Part shown: one piece after another, positions 39,191-48,475 of the stretch
Layout: every line of letters starts with the position of its first letter
Position numbering within the stretch: the stretch's first letter is position 1
DNA from: Bacteroidetes bacterium MED-G17
GTDB taxonomy: Bacteria > Bacteroidota > Bacteroidia > NS11-12g > UBA9320
Direction: 5' to 3'
NCBI GenBank assembly: GCA_002457675.1
Contig: NTKK01000004.1
Span: 91,666 to 155,665, forward strand
Length of the DNA: 64,000 bases
Translations under genes and position numbers: made by a program
The notes under the pieces: model-generated
Seen by the model: only the letters and a program-made list of their open reading frames with translations
What the model was told of the DNA's origin: nothing
Databases searched by the model: none

Positions 39191-40771
39191 CTACCTAATT
39201 TTCACAACACTTCGTGATTGCATAACATCTTCCGATTGGTATTGCAAATAGTAAACACCTGGCGTCATTGACGATGCATTTAGAATAGTTGTGTGCTCAC
39301 CTTCACTCTTGTCTTCATCAACCAATACCGATATTTCTCTAGCTTGTGTATCTAAAACACTTATCCTTACATGACGGCCATTAGATGCATATTTCACGGT
39401 TGTACTTTCAACAAAAGGATTGGGGTAATTGTATATCCATGTATCTCCTGACTTTTTTTGTAAGGCTCTAGCCACGCTTCCTGTCTGACAAGTATCCTCT
39501 AGTATATCAAGCGAGTCAAAGTTTTGAAGCATTACAGAATCAACTTCAGAACTTGGCAAGCAAAACCAATTTTTAAGAACGGAAGAATAAATATTTCGAA
39601 AATCTATCTCCATTTCAACTCCGTCTCCGGTTTCAACCTCGTCCGCAATTTGGGGATTTTCACCCAAAATACCTCCTTTCACATTTTTACCAAACATGAA
39701 CAAAGGCGCGGCAGATCCATGATCAGTTCCACTACTTGCATTTGATTTTATACGTCTTCCAAATTCAGAATAAGTCATGCCCAAAACACGATCTTCTAAA
39801 CCCAAAAGTTTTAAATCGTCTTGAAAAGCATAAATGGCTTCTGACACCCGATTTAACAAGTTGGCATGTGCTCCTTCTTCATTGCCTGTACTTGCGTCTA
39901 TTTGATTGGCATGTGTATCAAAACCACCTAAAGTTACTGTATACACTCTTGTGCGTAGTCCTCCTGATATAAGTCTAGCGACTATTTTTAGTTGTTTAGC
40001 CAGACTTTCTGTTTCGTCATACAATTCGCTTTTGTTGCTGCCCTTTTCGGAAGCTTCGTTTACAACTTTAGCGTATTCATTGCTTTGATGTGCTACAGTT
40101 CTAATAAATTTTAGCTCTCTCCCTGAACGGGTATTTGGCGTACTATCATCGTCTGTTAATAGCTCGTAGAAATAGTCTGGATTTGAAACTGCTAAGCCCA
40201 TATTCACAGAAATGCCTTGACAAACTGGTGAAACAACTGATCCAATCTGTATTGCCAATGGGTCTTTCATATTGTCATTTGGAAATCCTTCAGGATAATT
40301 TGGCCACTCATTAGCTAAATATCTTCCAATCCAACCACTATTTAAATTTTCATCAGAATCAGAACCTGTAACCCAAATGTCTTTTGATCTAAAGTGTGAT
40401 CGATTTTGGTTCGGGTACCCTACACCTTGCAGTATCTGAAGCTCCCCATTCTTGTGCATCTCTTGAAGCTTTGTCATACTGGGATGCAAACCTGTTTTTT
40501 CTGTTCCTTCTAGGTTCAATACCTTATTCTCATCGATTAATACATTTTCTCTAGCCTTAAACAAGTTGCTGTACTGATCTAGAGGAATAACAGTATTTAG
40601 TCCGTCATTCCCGCCATTTAATTCTATTAAGACCAATACATGATCGGTTTCTGTAAAAGTATTGGCCGTATTTGATAAAGTTTTACCAAAAGCGCGAATG
40701 GGTTGTCCGCCAATCACCACTGGAATTAAACTCAATTGACCTGCTGTTTGTAAAAATTCTTTTCTGTTCAT
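39191..40771 (-). CDS. DUF1501-family protein (sulfatase-like fold) with a T9SS C-terminal sorting domain
   Basis: 526 aa. The N-terminal signal resembles a Tat-like leader (MNRKEFLQTAGQL) but has no RR pair. The DUF1501 core is typical. The C-terminal ~90 aa (WIYNYPNPFVESTTVKYASNGRHVRISVLD...GVYYLQYQSEDVMQSRSVVKIR) resembles a T9SS CTD. Confidence 0.6.
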   Translation of the reverse strand: MNRKEFLQTAGQLSLIPVVIGGQPIRAFGKTLSNTANTFTETDHVLVLIELNGGNDGLNTVIPLDQYSNLFKARENVLIDENKVLNLEGTEKTGLHPSMTKLQEMHKNGELQILQGVGYPNQNRSHFRSKDIWVTGSDSDENLNSGWIGRYLANEWPNYPEGFPNDNMKDPLAIQIGSVVSPVCQGISVNMGLAVSNPDYFYELLTDDDSTPNTRSGRELKFIRTVAHQSNEYAKVVNEASEKGSNKSELYDETESLAKQLKIVARLISGGLRTRVYTVTLGGFDTHANQIDASTGNEEGAHANLLNRVSEAIYAFQDDLKLLGLEDRVLGMTYSEFGRRIKSNASSGTDHGSAAPLFMFGKNVKGGILGENPQIADEVETGDGVEMEIDFRNIYSSVLKNWFCLPSSEVDSVMLQNFDSLDILEDTCQTGSVARALQKKSGDTWIYNYPNPFVESTTVKYASNGRHVRISVLDTQAREISVLVDEDKSEGEHTTILNASSMTPGVYYLQYQSEDVMQSRSVVKIR

Positions 40772-40775
40772 GGTT

Positions 40776-42383
40776 CTAAGACAATTGATATTCGCTTTGT
40801 TTTATGATATATGCAAAAAGGAGTTTTAATCTTGACTCTACAGTATTTTTAAAGGTTTCGTTTGTTGGTTCAGCTATATAATTCATCCAAGCCTCAGTCC
40901 AGTAAGAATCGAGTGGTTGGTTCGAGAGCAAAATACTTTTCATGTCTAATTTCACCTCGTCTGAAACATCTAAAGGACAAAGATGTTTAACTAAGTCTTG
41001 AATCAATTGGTTAGGATCTTCTGGTTTTGACGTTTTGGAAGCTATCTTGATAGTGTCTGCTTGCAATCTAAAGCCACCTCTGTTATAGCCTGTCCAAATT
41101 AAGTATTCTGTGTATGATACTCTTTTGGGAAGTGTGTCGGTGTTTATCCATAATTCGTGAAATGAGGGCATTTGATGGTAAGCTGGCCAACCAGAAACAG
41201 AAGGCGGATTACCTATGGTCTGTTGTAAAATTGAAGACAAATAATAAATATAACCCCACATTCTATAGGTATTTTCTATATCGTCTTCAATCCTTGGGAA
41301 TTCTATTTCAAATTGACGGCAAAAACCAGCCAAATAATCTAGTGGGCTTTTAATCATACAAGCCCTATTGGCGGTATCAAAAAAATGCTCACTTTCGAGC
41401 ATTGTCTTCATTAAAAGCTTTATATCAAAGTTATTGTCAAAGAAAATATCTGCCAATGGCTCAATAAAGTTTGCTTCCGTGGTTTCATCAATTTCGTAAT
41501 AGATAAACCAAACATACAAGCGCCGAACCAAAAATCTAGCCACTTCTTTTTTGGCAAATATCATATTGACTAAATCATCAATTTCTTTCTCAGCATCTTC
41601 TTGAGAACTTCCCGCTCTTAGCAAGTAGTTATTATAAAATTTAGAGAATACTTTATTCTTATCATAATGTCTAGATTCGGTAAAATATACCTCTCCTGTT
41701 TTATAATTTATTCTCCAACCAGTCAATACTTTAGCGGCTTCAATAATATCACTTTCGGTATAGTTTGCCTGTTCACCCTTCCCCAATGTAAATAGTTCTT
41801 GTAGCTCTCTTGCATAGTTTTCATCCGGTGCTTTTGCTTGATTTTTTTCACCATTTAAGTACCTAAGCATGGCTTTATCCAATGTCATTTTTTTTACCAA
41901 CCCTTTAAAATCACCTAAACAATTTTCTCTAAGAAGCTTGGTATGTTCAAAACCAAAATAAGCATAGGCGAAAATGGAAGATTCTGTTGCAAAATGATTG
42001 TGCCAAAAGAGGGTCATTTTTTCTCTAATATTAAAATTTTGATTGATACAATTACCTATCCAATCCCAAGCCCAGCTGTTTCTCCTTTGAGAATTAAATT
42101 GACCCCCAAAAGTGTCATTTACCCATGTCTTACCTAATGGTACATTCGGGTCATTATTGTTATCATTTTGATAATAGTTAAGTGGTGGTGATGGAAGGCT
42201 TACTGAATCATCAAGGATTTCATTTATGGCATCTGATAAGTTTTTATTTTCTAAGTATTTTAAATCTCTAAATGTGGCACCAAACAAGGTTCTTCTTAGC
42301 AAATGCAATTTTGCAGCATCATCCCACGGACCGTTATATTTATTTATACCGGCATGTGTTCTTGCAGTCTTTTGAATACTCAT
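40776..42383 (-). CDS. DUF1800-family protein, the usual partner of DUF1501
   Basis: The track ORF runs to 42476, but that overlaps the upstream lptG-like gene. An internal Met at 42383 (MSIQKTARTHAG...LHLLRRTLFGATF) gives a typical DUF1800 N-terminus and a 30-nt intergenic gap. Confidence 0.6.
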   Translation of the reverse strand: MSIQKTARTHAGINKYNGPWDDAAKLHLLRRTLFGATFRDLKYLENKNLSDAINEILDDSVSLPSPPLNYYQNDNNNDPNVPLGKTWVNDTFGGQFNSQRRNSWAWDWIGNCINQNFNIREKMTLFWHNHFATESSIFAYAYFGFEHTKLLRENCLGDFKGLVKKMTLDKAMLRYLNGEKNQAKAPDENYARELQELFTLGKGEQANYTESDIIEAAKVLTGWRINYKTGEVYFTESRHYDKNKVFSKFYNNYLLRAGSSQEDAEKEIDDLVNMIFAKKEVARFLVRRLYVWFIYYEIDETTEANFIEPLADIFFDNNFDIKLLMKTMLESEHFFDTANRACMIKSPLDYLAGFCRQFEIEFPRIEDDIENTYRMWGYIYYLSSILQQTIGNPPSVSGWPAYHQMPSFHELWINTDTLPKRVSYTEYLIWTGYNRGGFRLQADTIKIASKTSKPEDPNQLIQDLVKHLCPLDVSDEVKLDMKSILLSNQPLDSYWTEAWMNYIAEPTNETFKNTVESRLKLLFAYIIKQSEYQLS

Positions 42384-42412
42384 AAAACCCGATTTTTTTT
42401 TAAATATACAAA

Positions 42413-43513
42413 TTATTTTTGAGTACGCTGAAGAAGACGTAGGGCAATCAATCCGAAAATAATATTTGGCAACCAAACAGCTGTAAGAGGAGGTAAAGTA
42501 CCTTTGGCTCCATAAGAGTTGAAAAATTGCATGGCAAAAAGAAAAGCGAAACTTATAAGGAGTCCTTTGCCCAAGTGAAGACCTACACCACCTCTCTGCT
42601 TTACGCTTGAAACACTCACACCTATAAGGGTTAAGATAATGATAGAAACAGGAGAAGCAATTCGTCGATATTTTTCTGTCAAATAAAAAAATATGTTATT
42701 TGAACTCCTCGCTCGCTCGATTTTTATCATCTGATTGATTTCAGAATTGCTAAAGGACTGGACATCATCGTCCATCATAAATATTTCATCAGGATTGATT
42801 GGAATGAGCGTGTCTTTAAAGGCTAGTTTGGTTAGTCTTTGTATTCCATCGTCATAAAAAATCCTTTCAACAAAATTGTGCAGGCGCCATTTTTGTGTTT
42901 TAGGTTCCCATGTGAGTTTATCAGCCATTATCCTTGAAGCCAATTCTCCGTTTTCAAAATGTTCCAGAGAAACTTTCAATCCCAAACTATCTAAATACCT
43001 AAAATTTTCAAAAGAAATTACATCATTGGCTGTTAAAGGTAGTTTAATATTTTGCTTAAAATCAAAACTTCTATCACGAATAACGGTGTTCTCAAAAGTC
43101 AACCTTTTTTTTTCTGAAATAGGTATTAGATAACCATTCAAGTAATACGAACAACAGGCAATCAAAAAAGCTATAACCAAATAAGGCCTCAAAAATCTTG
43201 CATAAGAAACACCTGAAGAAAGTATGGCAACTATTTCACTGCGGAAAGCCAAACGAGAAGTGAAAAATATAACAGTGATAAAAACAAAGAGCGGGCTAAA
43301 CATATTGAGTAAAAAAGGGATGAAATTGGCATAATGAACCAATAATATTTCTCGCAGCGTAACCTCTTTGGAAACAAATTCATCAATTTTTTCAGCCACG
43401 TCAAACACCACAATGATTACCGTAAATAAGCCTAAAGCCATCAAAAAGGTACCCAACATTTTTTTGATGATATACCTGTCTAATTTTGTAAGAAAGTTTG
43501 TTATCCGTCTCAA
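42413..43513 (-). CDS. LptF/LptG-family (YjgP/YjgQ) permease
   Basis: 366 aa. N-terminus LDRYIIKKMLGTFLMALGLFTVIIV, and six TM segments. Confidence 0.75.
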   Translation of the reverse strand: MRRITNFLTKLDRYIIKKMLGTFLMALGLFTVIIVVFDVAEKIDEFVSKEVTLREILLVHYANFIPFLLNMFSPLFVFITVIFFTSRLAFRSEIVAILSSGVSYARFLRPYLVIAFLIACCSYYLNGYLIPISEKKRLTFENTVIRDRSFDFKQNIKLPLTANDVISFENFRYLDSLGLKVSLEHFENGELASRIMADKLTWEPKTQKWRLHNFVERIFYDDGIQRLTKLAFKDTLIPINPDEIFMMDDDVQSFSNSEINQMIKIERARSSNNIFFYLTEKYRRIASPVSIIILTLIGVSVSSVKQRGGVGLHLGKGLLISFAFLFAMQFFNSYGAKGTLPPLTAVWLPNIIFGLIALRLLQRTQK

Positions 43514-43869
43514 TCCAACTTATTCTTTAGCGTCTTAAATGCTTTAATATACATCTGGATTATTTGTTCTGTCTCTGCAATAAGTGGGTCAATAATTTTG
43601 CTGTCTAACATTTTTTCTGATTGAACCAATTGAAGCCAATAGAGGAATCCATTAGCTTGGTTTTTGGCTTCATTAAGATTGTCTAAAAATGTATGGCTTA
43701 ACTGACCTTGATAAAGCCCCATCGCTTGAATAGCCATTTGACTTGCCATTTTGATTATTTCCAAGCGTATTAGATTACTCAATGCCTGTTTTTGAGGCAA
43801 AACGAGTGCAATTTTCAAACCTGCATAGCTAAGTTTTTGTACTCTGTTTTTTAATTCTACTGGGTTCAT
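43510..43869 (-). CDS. Hypothetical small helical protein, possibly four-helix-bundle (23S rRNA IVS protein / Avd-like) family
   Basis: 119 aa, all-helical by composition. The C-terminal half loosely matches the four-helix-bundle family pattern. It overlaps both neighbours by 4 nt. Confidence 0.3.
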   Translation of the reverse strand: MNPVELKNRVQKLSYAGLKIALVLPQKQALSNLIRLEIIKMASQMAIQAMGLYQGQLSHTFLDNLNEAKNQANGFLYWLQLVQSEKMLDSKIIDPLIAETEQIIQMYIKAFKTLKNKLD

Positions 43870-44987
43870 AATCTTGATTCTAATTTAGGTACCATTGTGT
43901 TTTTCCATGCGTAAAAATTACCATCCGCTATCTTTTCCCTTGCTTCGTTCATAAGCCAAAGATAAAATTTAAGGTTGTGTTTACTTGCAATTTGAGCACC
44001 AAGATACTCATTGTTTTTAATCAAATGTCTTAAGTACGCTTTTGAATAATTGGGCGTTATTTTTTCATCAATTTCGCTGTAGTCATTTTCCCATTTTTGG
44101 TTTTTGATATTTATCGTTCCATTTTCTGTAAAAAGCATTCCATTTCGCGCATTTCTGGTTGGCATCACACAATCAAACATATCAATGCCCAAGGCGATGC
44201 ACTCAAGCAAGTTGGCCGGCGTTCCAACGCCCATTAAATAACGTGGTTTATCTTTAGGAAGATGCTCGGTTACTAAATTGGTCATTTCATACATAAGGTG
44301 GTGAGGTTCGCCTACAGAGAGACCTCCAATGGCATTTCCTGGCATATTTTGATCTGCTATAAATTTTGCACTTTCTTGTCGTAAATCCTTAAATGTACTC
44401 CCTTGCACAATAGGGAATAAAGACTGAAAGTAATCGTAAGAATTCATTTGATTTTGCTGATGCTTTTTACACTTTACCAGCCAATCATGCGTAAGAGCTA
44501 AAGATTTTTTGGCATACTGATAATCACAAGGATAAGGGGTGCATTCATCAAAAGCCATAATGATATCCCCTCCAATAATTTTTTGAATGTCCATTACTTT
44601 TTCAGGAGTAAAGAAAAATCTTGAGCCATCGATATGACTTTGAAACTCAACCCCATTTTCTTTTATTTTGCGACTTTCAGCTATTGAATACACCTGATAA
44701 CCTCCACTATCTGTTAGAATACTTCTATCCCAATTCATAAATTTATGTAAACCTCCTACTTCTTCCAATATCTTTACTCCAGGCCGCAAGAAAAGATGGT
44801 AAGTATTTCCCAATATTATTGGCGCATTAATTTCGCTTTTTAATTCTTCTTGGCTTATGGCTTTTACTGTCCCAGCAGTACCAACGGGCATAAATATGGG
44901 TGTTTTAATCGTGTTGTGAGCAGTCGTGATTTCACCTGTACGCGCCTGAGAATGGGAATCTGTATGTTTTAACGAAAATTGTAGCAA
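43866..44987 (-). CDS. tgt: Queuine tRNA-ribosyltransferase
   Basis: 373 aa. TPIFMPVGTAGTVK, the DSGGYQ context, and a zinc-binding C-terminus. Confidence 0.93.
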   Translation of the reverse strand: MLQFSLKHTDSHSQARTGEITTAHNTIKTPIFMPVGTAGTVKAISQEELKSEINAPIILGNTYHLFLRPGVKILEEVGGLHKFMNWDRSILTDSGGYQVYSIAESRKIKENGVEFQSHIDGSRFFFTPEKVMDIQKIIGGDIIMAFDECTPYPCDYQYAKKSLALTHDWLVKCKKHQQNQMNSYDYFQSLFPIVQGSTFKDLRQESAKFIADQNMPGNAIGGLSVGEPHHLMYEMTNLVTEHLPKDKPRYLMGVGTPANLLECIALGIDMFDCVMPTRNARNGMLFTENGTINIKNQKWENDYSEIDEKITPNYSKAYLRHLIKNNEYLGAQIASKHNLKFYLWLMNEAREKIADGNFYAWKNTMVPKLESRL

Positions 44988-45680
44988 TTATTCAAAAGAA
45001 AATGAGATCTGAACCAATCGGGGCATCAAACTTCCAATTGATTGAGAGAAAATATATTTATCTCGAGCCAAATAACTATTTAAAGCCGAGCTTAATTTAA
45101 TTTCAGGTGAAAATTTGAAAAATTCAAAATATAAATCAAAGCCTAAACCAAGGTCATAGCTATACGTATTAGGAGATAATGCAACAATGGGCTTTTCAAA
45201 ACTTCTATCCGTATCTATATCACTTGCAAAATCATATCGATAATTTACACCCCCAATGACATATATCCTAACGTTTCTGTGACGAATCGATTTTAATTTG
45301 ATTAACATTGGTACTTCAAAATAGGTATTTTCCATCTCTATTTGCCTTTTGCTTTGGTCGCTAAAAGTAAATACCAAATCTCTTTGGGTAAAGTGGAGAT
45401 TCAACGCTGTCCTAAAATCAAAATGATCAGATATTCTCGCATTCATCAAGCCTCCAAAGCCAAAACCAGCATAGTCCATTTGCTCTATATTTAGGACTTG
45501 GTTGTCTAACCAAAAATCCTGACTAGGGTTCAATTTATAGCTGGCATGATCGCCAATTATTGAAAACCCAAAATGGATTTTTTGTAAATCATACAATGGA
45601 TTATTTTGCTGTGCATTTGCAGAAAAATGACCGATTGCTAACCAGATGAAAATTATTTTTCGAATCTTACTATTTCGCAC
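44988..45680 (-). CDS. Hypothetical outer-membrane beta-barrel protein
   Basis: 230 aa. Signal peptide, alternating amphipathic strands, and a C-terminal ...ISFSFE. Confidence 0.5.
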   Translation of the reverse strand: MRNSKIRKIIFIWLAIGHFSANAQQNNPLYDLQKIHFGFSIIGDHASYKLNPSQDFWLDNQVLNIEQMDYAGFGFGGLMNARISDHFDFRTALNLHFTQRDLVFTFSDQSKRQIEMENTYFEVPMLIKLKSIRHRNVRIYVIGGVNYRYDFASDIDTDRSFEKPIVALSPNTYSYDLGLGFDLYFEFFKFSPEIKLSSALNSYLARDKYIFSQSIGSLMPRLVQISFSFE

Positions 45681-46399
45681 AACCCAAATGAAAGCTTTCT
45701 TTCTTCAACGAATTTGAAACCGCAATTTGATACAATTTCTTTAAATTTTTTGCTTTTATAAAATGTTTTTATCGAATTAGGTAAGTAATTATAAGCCGAT
45801 TTATTCTTGTAAAATAAGGCAACAATAGAGGGCATTAAGACTGAAACGTACAAGTTAATAAACATTTTACCTACGCTGCTTTGTTGTTGAAAAAAGTCAA
45901 CAATATGTATACGTCCTTTCGGTCTCAGCACCCGGTAAACTTCCTGTAACTCGCCATGAATATTAGCAAAGTTTCTTACGCCAAAAGAAATGAAGACATG
46001 ATCAAAAGATTGCTGTTCAAATGGCAGAAAATTTACTTTTTTTTGACAAAAATCAATCTTAACACTTTTCATTTTCGCCTTCTCTTTGGCGATAATTAGC
46101 ATTTTTTTTGCCACATCTGTCCCAACAACACGGACATCTGGTTTATGTCGCTTTATGGCAAAAGCCAAATCCCCAGTTCCAGTTGCTAAATCAAGTACAA
46201 AATCTTCGTCCTGTAGTTTTGCGCCTTTAACCAAACTACGCCGCCAATAAACATCAAAGCGGAAACTAAATAAACGGTTTAAAAAATCATAATTATCTGA
46301 AATTTGATCGAACATCTCTGCGATATCCTGTTTTTGTTGGTTAATTTGCGCAGACCTAAATGAAAATTTCTTATTCAAAATTTGACCGTTCCTTTTCAA
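45653..46399 (-). CDS. ubiE: Demethylmenaquinone / ubiquinone biosynthesis C-methyltransferase
   Basis: 248 aa. MFDQISDNYDFLNRLFSF and SAM motif I LDLATGTGDLA. The start is uncertain because the 5' end overlaps divergent engB by 40 nt. Confidence 0.85.
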   Translation of the reverse strand: MKRNGQILNKKFSFRSAQINQQKQDIAEMFDQISDNYDFLNRLFSFRFDVYWRRSLVKGAKLQDEDFVLDLATGTGDLAFAIKRHKPDVRVVGTDVAKKMLIIAKEKAKMKSVKIDFCQKKVNFLPFEQQSFDHVFISFGVRNFANIHGELQEVYRVLRPKGRIHIVDFFQQQSSVGKMFINLYVSVLMPSIVALFYKNKSAYNYLPNSIKTFYKSKKFKEIVSNCGFKFVEERKLSFGLCEIVRFEK

Positions 46400-46962
46400 A
46401 ATTGGGGCAAATGCCCGATGAAAGGATCCCTGAGTTGGCTTTTATTGGACGCTCAAATGTAGGTAAATCAAGTTTAATTAATTTTATATGTAACAATAAA
46501 AAACTTGCACAAACCAGCTCAAAACCAGGAAAAACCAAACTTATTAATCGATACCTTATTGAAAATCAATTTTATTTAGTTGATTTACCTGGTTACGGAT
46601 ATGCAAAAGTTTCAATGAGAAGTAGACTAAAGTTTGATGAAATGATTACCGAATATTTGTTAGACAGAAAATCCTTATTTCTTACATTCCTTTTGCTAGA
46701 CTTAAGTATTGACCCACAGCCTATTGATTTTGAATTTATAAGATGGTGCGGCGAAAATGGTATTCCGTTCGTGATAGTTTTCACCAAAATTGATAAGGTA
46801 AAGTCAAAGGATATAGAAAAAAAAATGGCAGATTTTGAATTAAGCCTATCACAAGATAATTGGGATGAAATACCAGAATATCTATTAAGTTCTTCTACAA
46901 GTAAAGAGGGTAAAGAAAGCTTTTTGGCCTACCTAAGTGAAATTTTAAGCACTTATCGATAA
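46360..46962 (+). CDS. engB: Ribosome-biogenesis GTPase YihA/YsxC
   Basis: 200 aa. G1 motif GRSNVGKSS, DLPGYGYA, and TKIDK. Confidence 0.9.
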   Translation: MKISYSKFDRSFSKLGQMPDERIPELAFIGRSNVGKSSLINFICNNKKLAQTSSKPGKTKLINRYLIENQFYLVDLPGYGYAKVSMRSRLKFDEMITEYLLDRKSLFLTFLLLDLSIDPQPIDFEFIRWCGENGIPFVIVFTKIDKVKSKDIEKKMADFELSLSQDNWDEIPEYLLSSSTSKEGKESFLAYLSEILSTYR

Positions 46963-47045
46963 AATTATAAAAACCATCGTAAGTTTTCCTGAAAGTCATT
47001 TTTCTACTTAGTATTTTTTGTTTCTTTGTTTTAGATTTATTTTCT

Positions 47046-48467
47046 ATGGAAAAACAGCAAACGAAATATTCATTAAATAAACGCTTACCGCTATTTAAGA
47101 TTATTTTTACTTTAATCTATATTTTACTAAGTCTACATAACAATAACGCTCAGAACAAACCTTTTTTATCATTAGAGCAAGCTGTAGATTTGGCACTTGA
47201 GCACAATAATGAAATTAAAAATAAAAGATTAGATATTGAGGCACAAAAGTACGCGGTGAAATCAATTATTGCAGCTGGCCTTCCTCAAATAAATGCAAGT
47301 AGTTCCCTTACACACAACGTAGAAATACCTTCTGCCGTTTTTCCCGACTTCATCACACCTTCCATTTACAATGTTTTGATAGATGAAGGTCTATTATCTA
47401 ATTCGCAATTTAAACCTGGCGCTGGAGGACAAGCAGTCCAATTTGGCGCTCCATCTCAAATAGTAGGCACCATCAACTTGAATCAGTTGGTTTTTGATGG
47501 CCGTTACTTTTTAGGTCTCAAAGCGGCAAAAGAAGTAGTCCAAATGACCAAACTTCTCGCAATACAAACAGAATTAGAAGTGAAAGAACAGACTATGAAA
47601 AACTATTTCCGAGTTTTGCTACTTGAGAAAAATTTAACCCTGTTGAAAAAAAGTAAAAATTTAGTCTCTAACCTTTATGATCAAACTTCGGCCATGTATG
47701 TAGAAGGAATGACAGAAAAGTTGGATGTAGACAGACTATTACTCAGTAAAAATAATATCGAAAACCAAATAAGAACAATTACAGCTGAGCGTATTGTTGC
47801 TAGAATGTATTTGAACTTAATTTTAGGACAAAAAATAGATGAGAAATATGAATTAACGAGTTCAATGGAAAACACAGGCTTTACATCTCCTGCCTCAAAT
47901 CTCTTTGACCAAAAAGATAGGATTGAACGTAAAATCCTAGATCAATCAATTTTGTTAAATGAAATGGAAATAAAAGGTCTAAAGGTTACGAGATACCCTT
48001 CAATTTATTTAAATGCGCAACACCTTCAAAATTCATTTGCAAATAATAAACCTTTCGAAGGTCTCGGCAAAGACTGGTTTCCCGGAAGTCTTTATACACT
48101 ATCCTTGAATGTCCCTTTGTTTGATGGTTTCAATAAAAGAAACGACATACAAAAGCTAAAAATAAAATCAGAACAATTAGACAACCAACAACAATATCTA
48201 GAAAACTCCCTAAATATGCAGTATGAGTCAGCAATAATGGAACTGACCACCCAAAGAGAATCGCTGGTTTTTCTAGAATCGACGGTAAATTTGACCAAAA
48301 AGATTTTTGAAACGGAAAGAACAAAGTTTGAAGAGGGTTTAGGATCGTCCTTTGAACTGGTTAACGCACAGAATGAATTTGTTAGTGCTTCTATTCAGCT
48401 TTCAAATGGTCAATACAACTTCATTACCAAATACATAGACTACAAAAAATCAATCGGCAAACTATAA
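47046..48467 (+). CDS. TolC-family outer-membrane efflux protein
   Basis: 473 aa. Signal peptide and the two-repeat TolC helical pattern. Confidence 0.85.
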   Translation: MEKQQTKYSLNKRLPLFKIIFTLIYILLSLHNNNAQNKPFLSLEQAVDLALEHNNEIKNKRLDIEAQKYAVKSIIAAGLPQINASSSLTHNVEIPSAVFPDFITPSIYNVLIDEGLLSNSQFKPGAGGQAVQFGAPSQIVGTINLNQLVFDGRYFLGLKAAKEVVQMTKLLAIQTELEVKEQTMKNYFRVLLLEKNLTLLKKSKNLVSNLYDQTSAMYVEGMTEKLDVDRLLLSKNNIENQIRTITAERIVARMYLNLILGQKIDEKYELTSSMENTGFTSPASNLFDQKDRIERKILDQSILLNEMEIKGLKVTRYPSIYLNAQHLQNSFANNKPFEGLGKDWFPGSLYTLSLNVPLFDGFNKRNDIQKLKIKSEQLDNQQQYLENSLNMQYESAIMELTTQRESLVFLESTVNLTKKIFETERTKFEEGLGSSFELVNAQNEFVSASIQLSNGQYNFITKYIDYKKSIGKL

Positions 48468-48475
48468 AAGCAATC

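Noticed and set aside
40776-42476. Longer N-terminus (MVAKYYFRIDCPTSS...) for the DUF1800 gene
   Set aside because: It would overlap the upstream LptG-like gene by 64 nt. The internal Met at 42383 gives a family-typical N-terminus.
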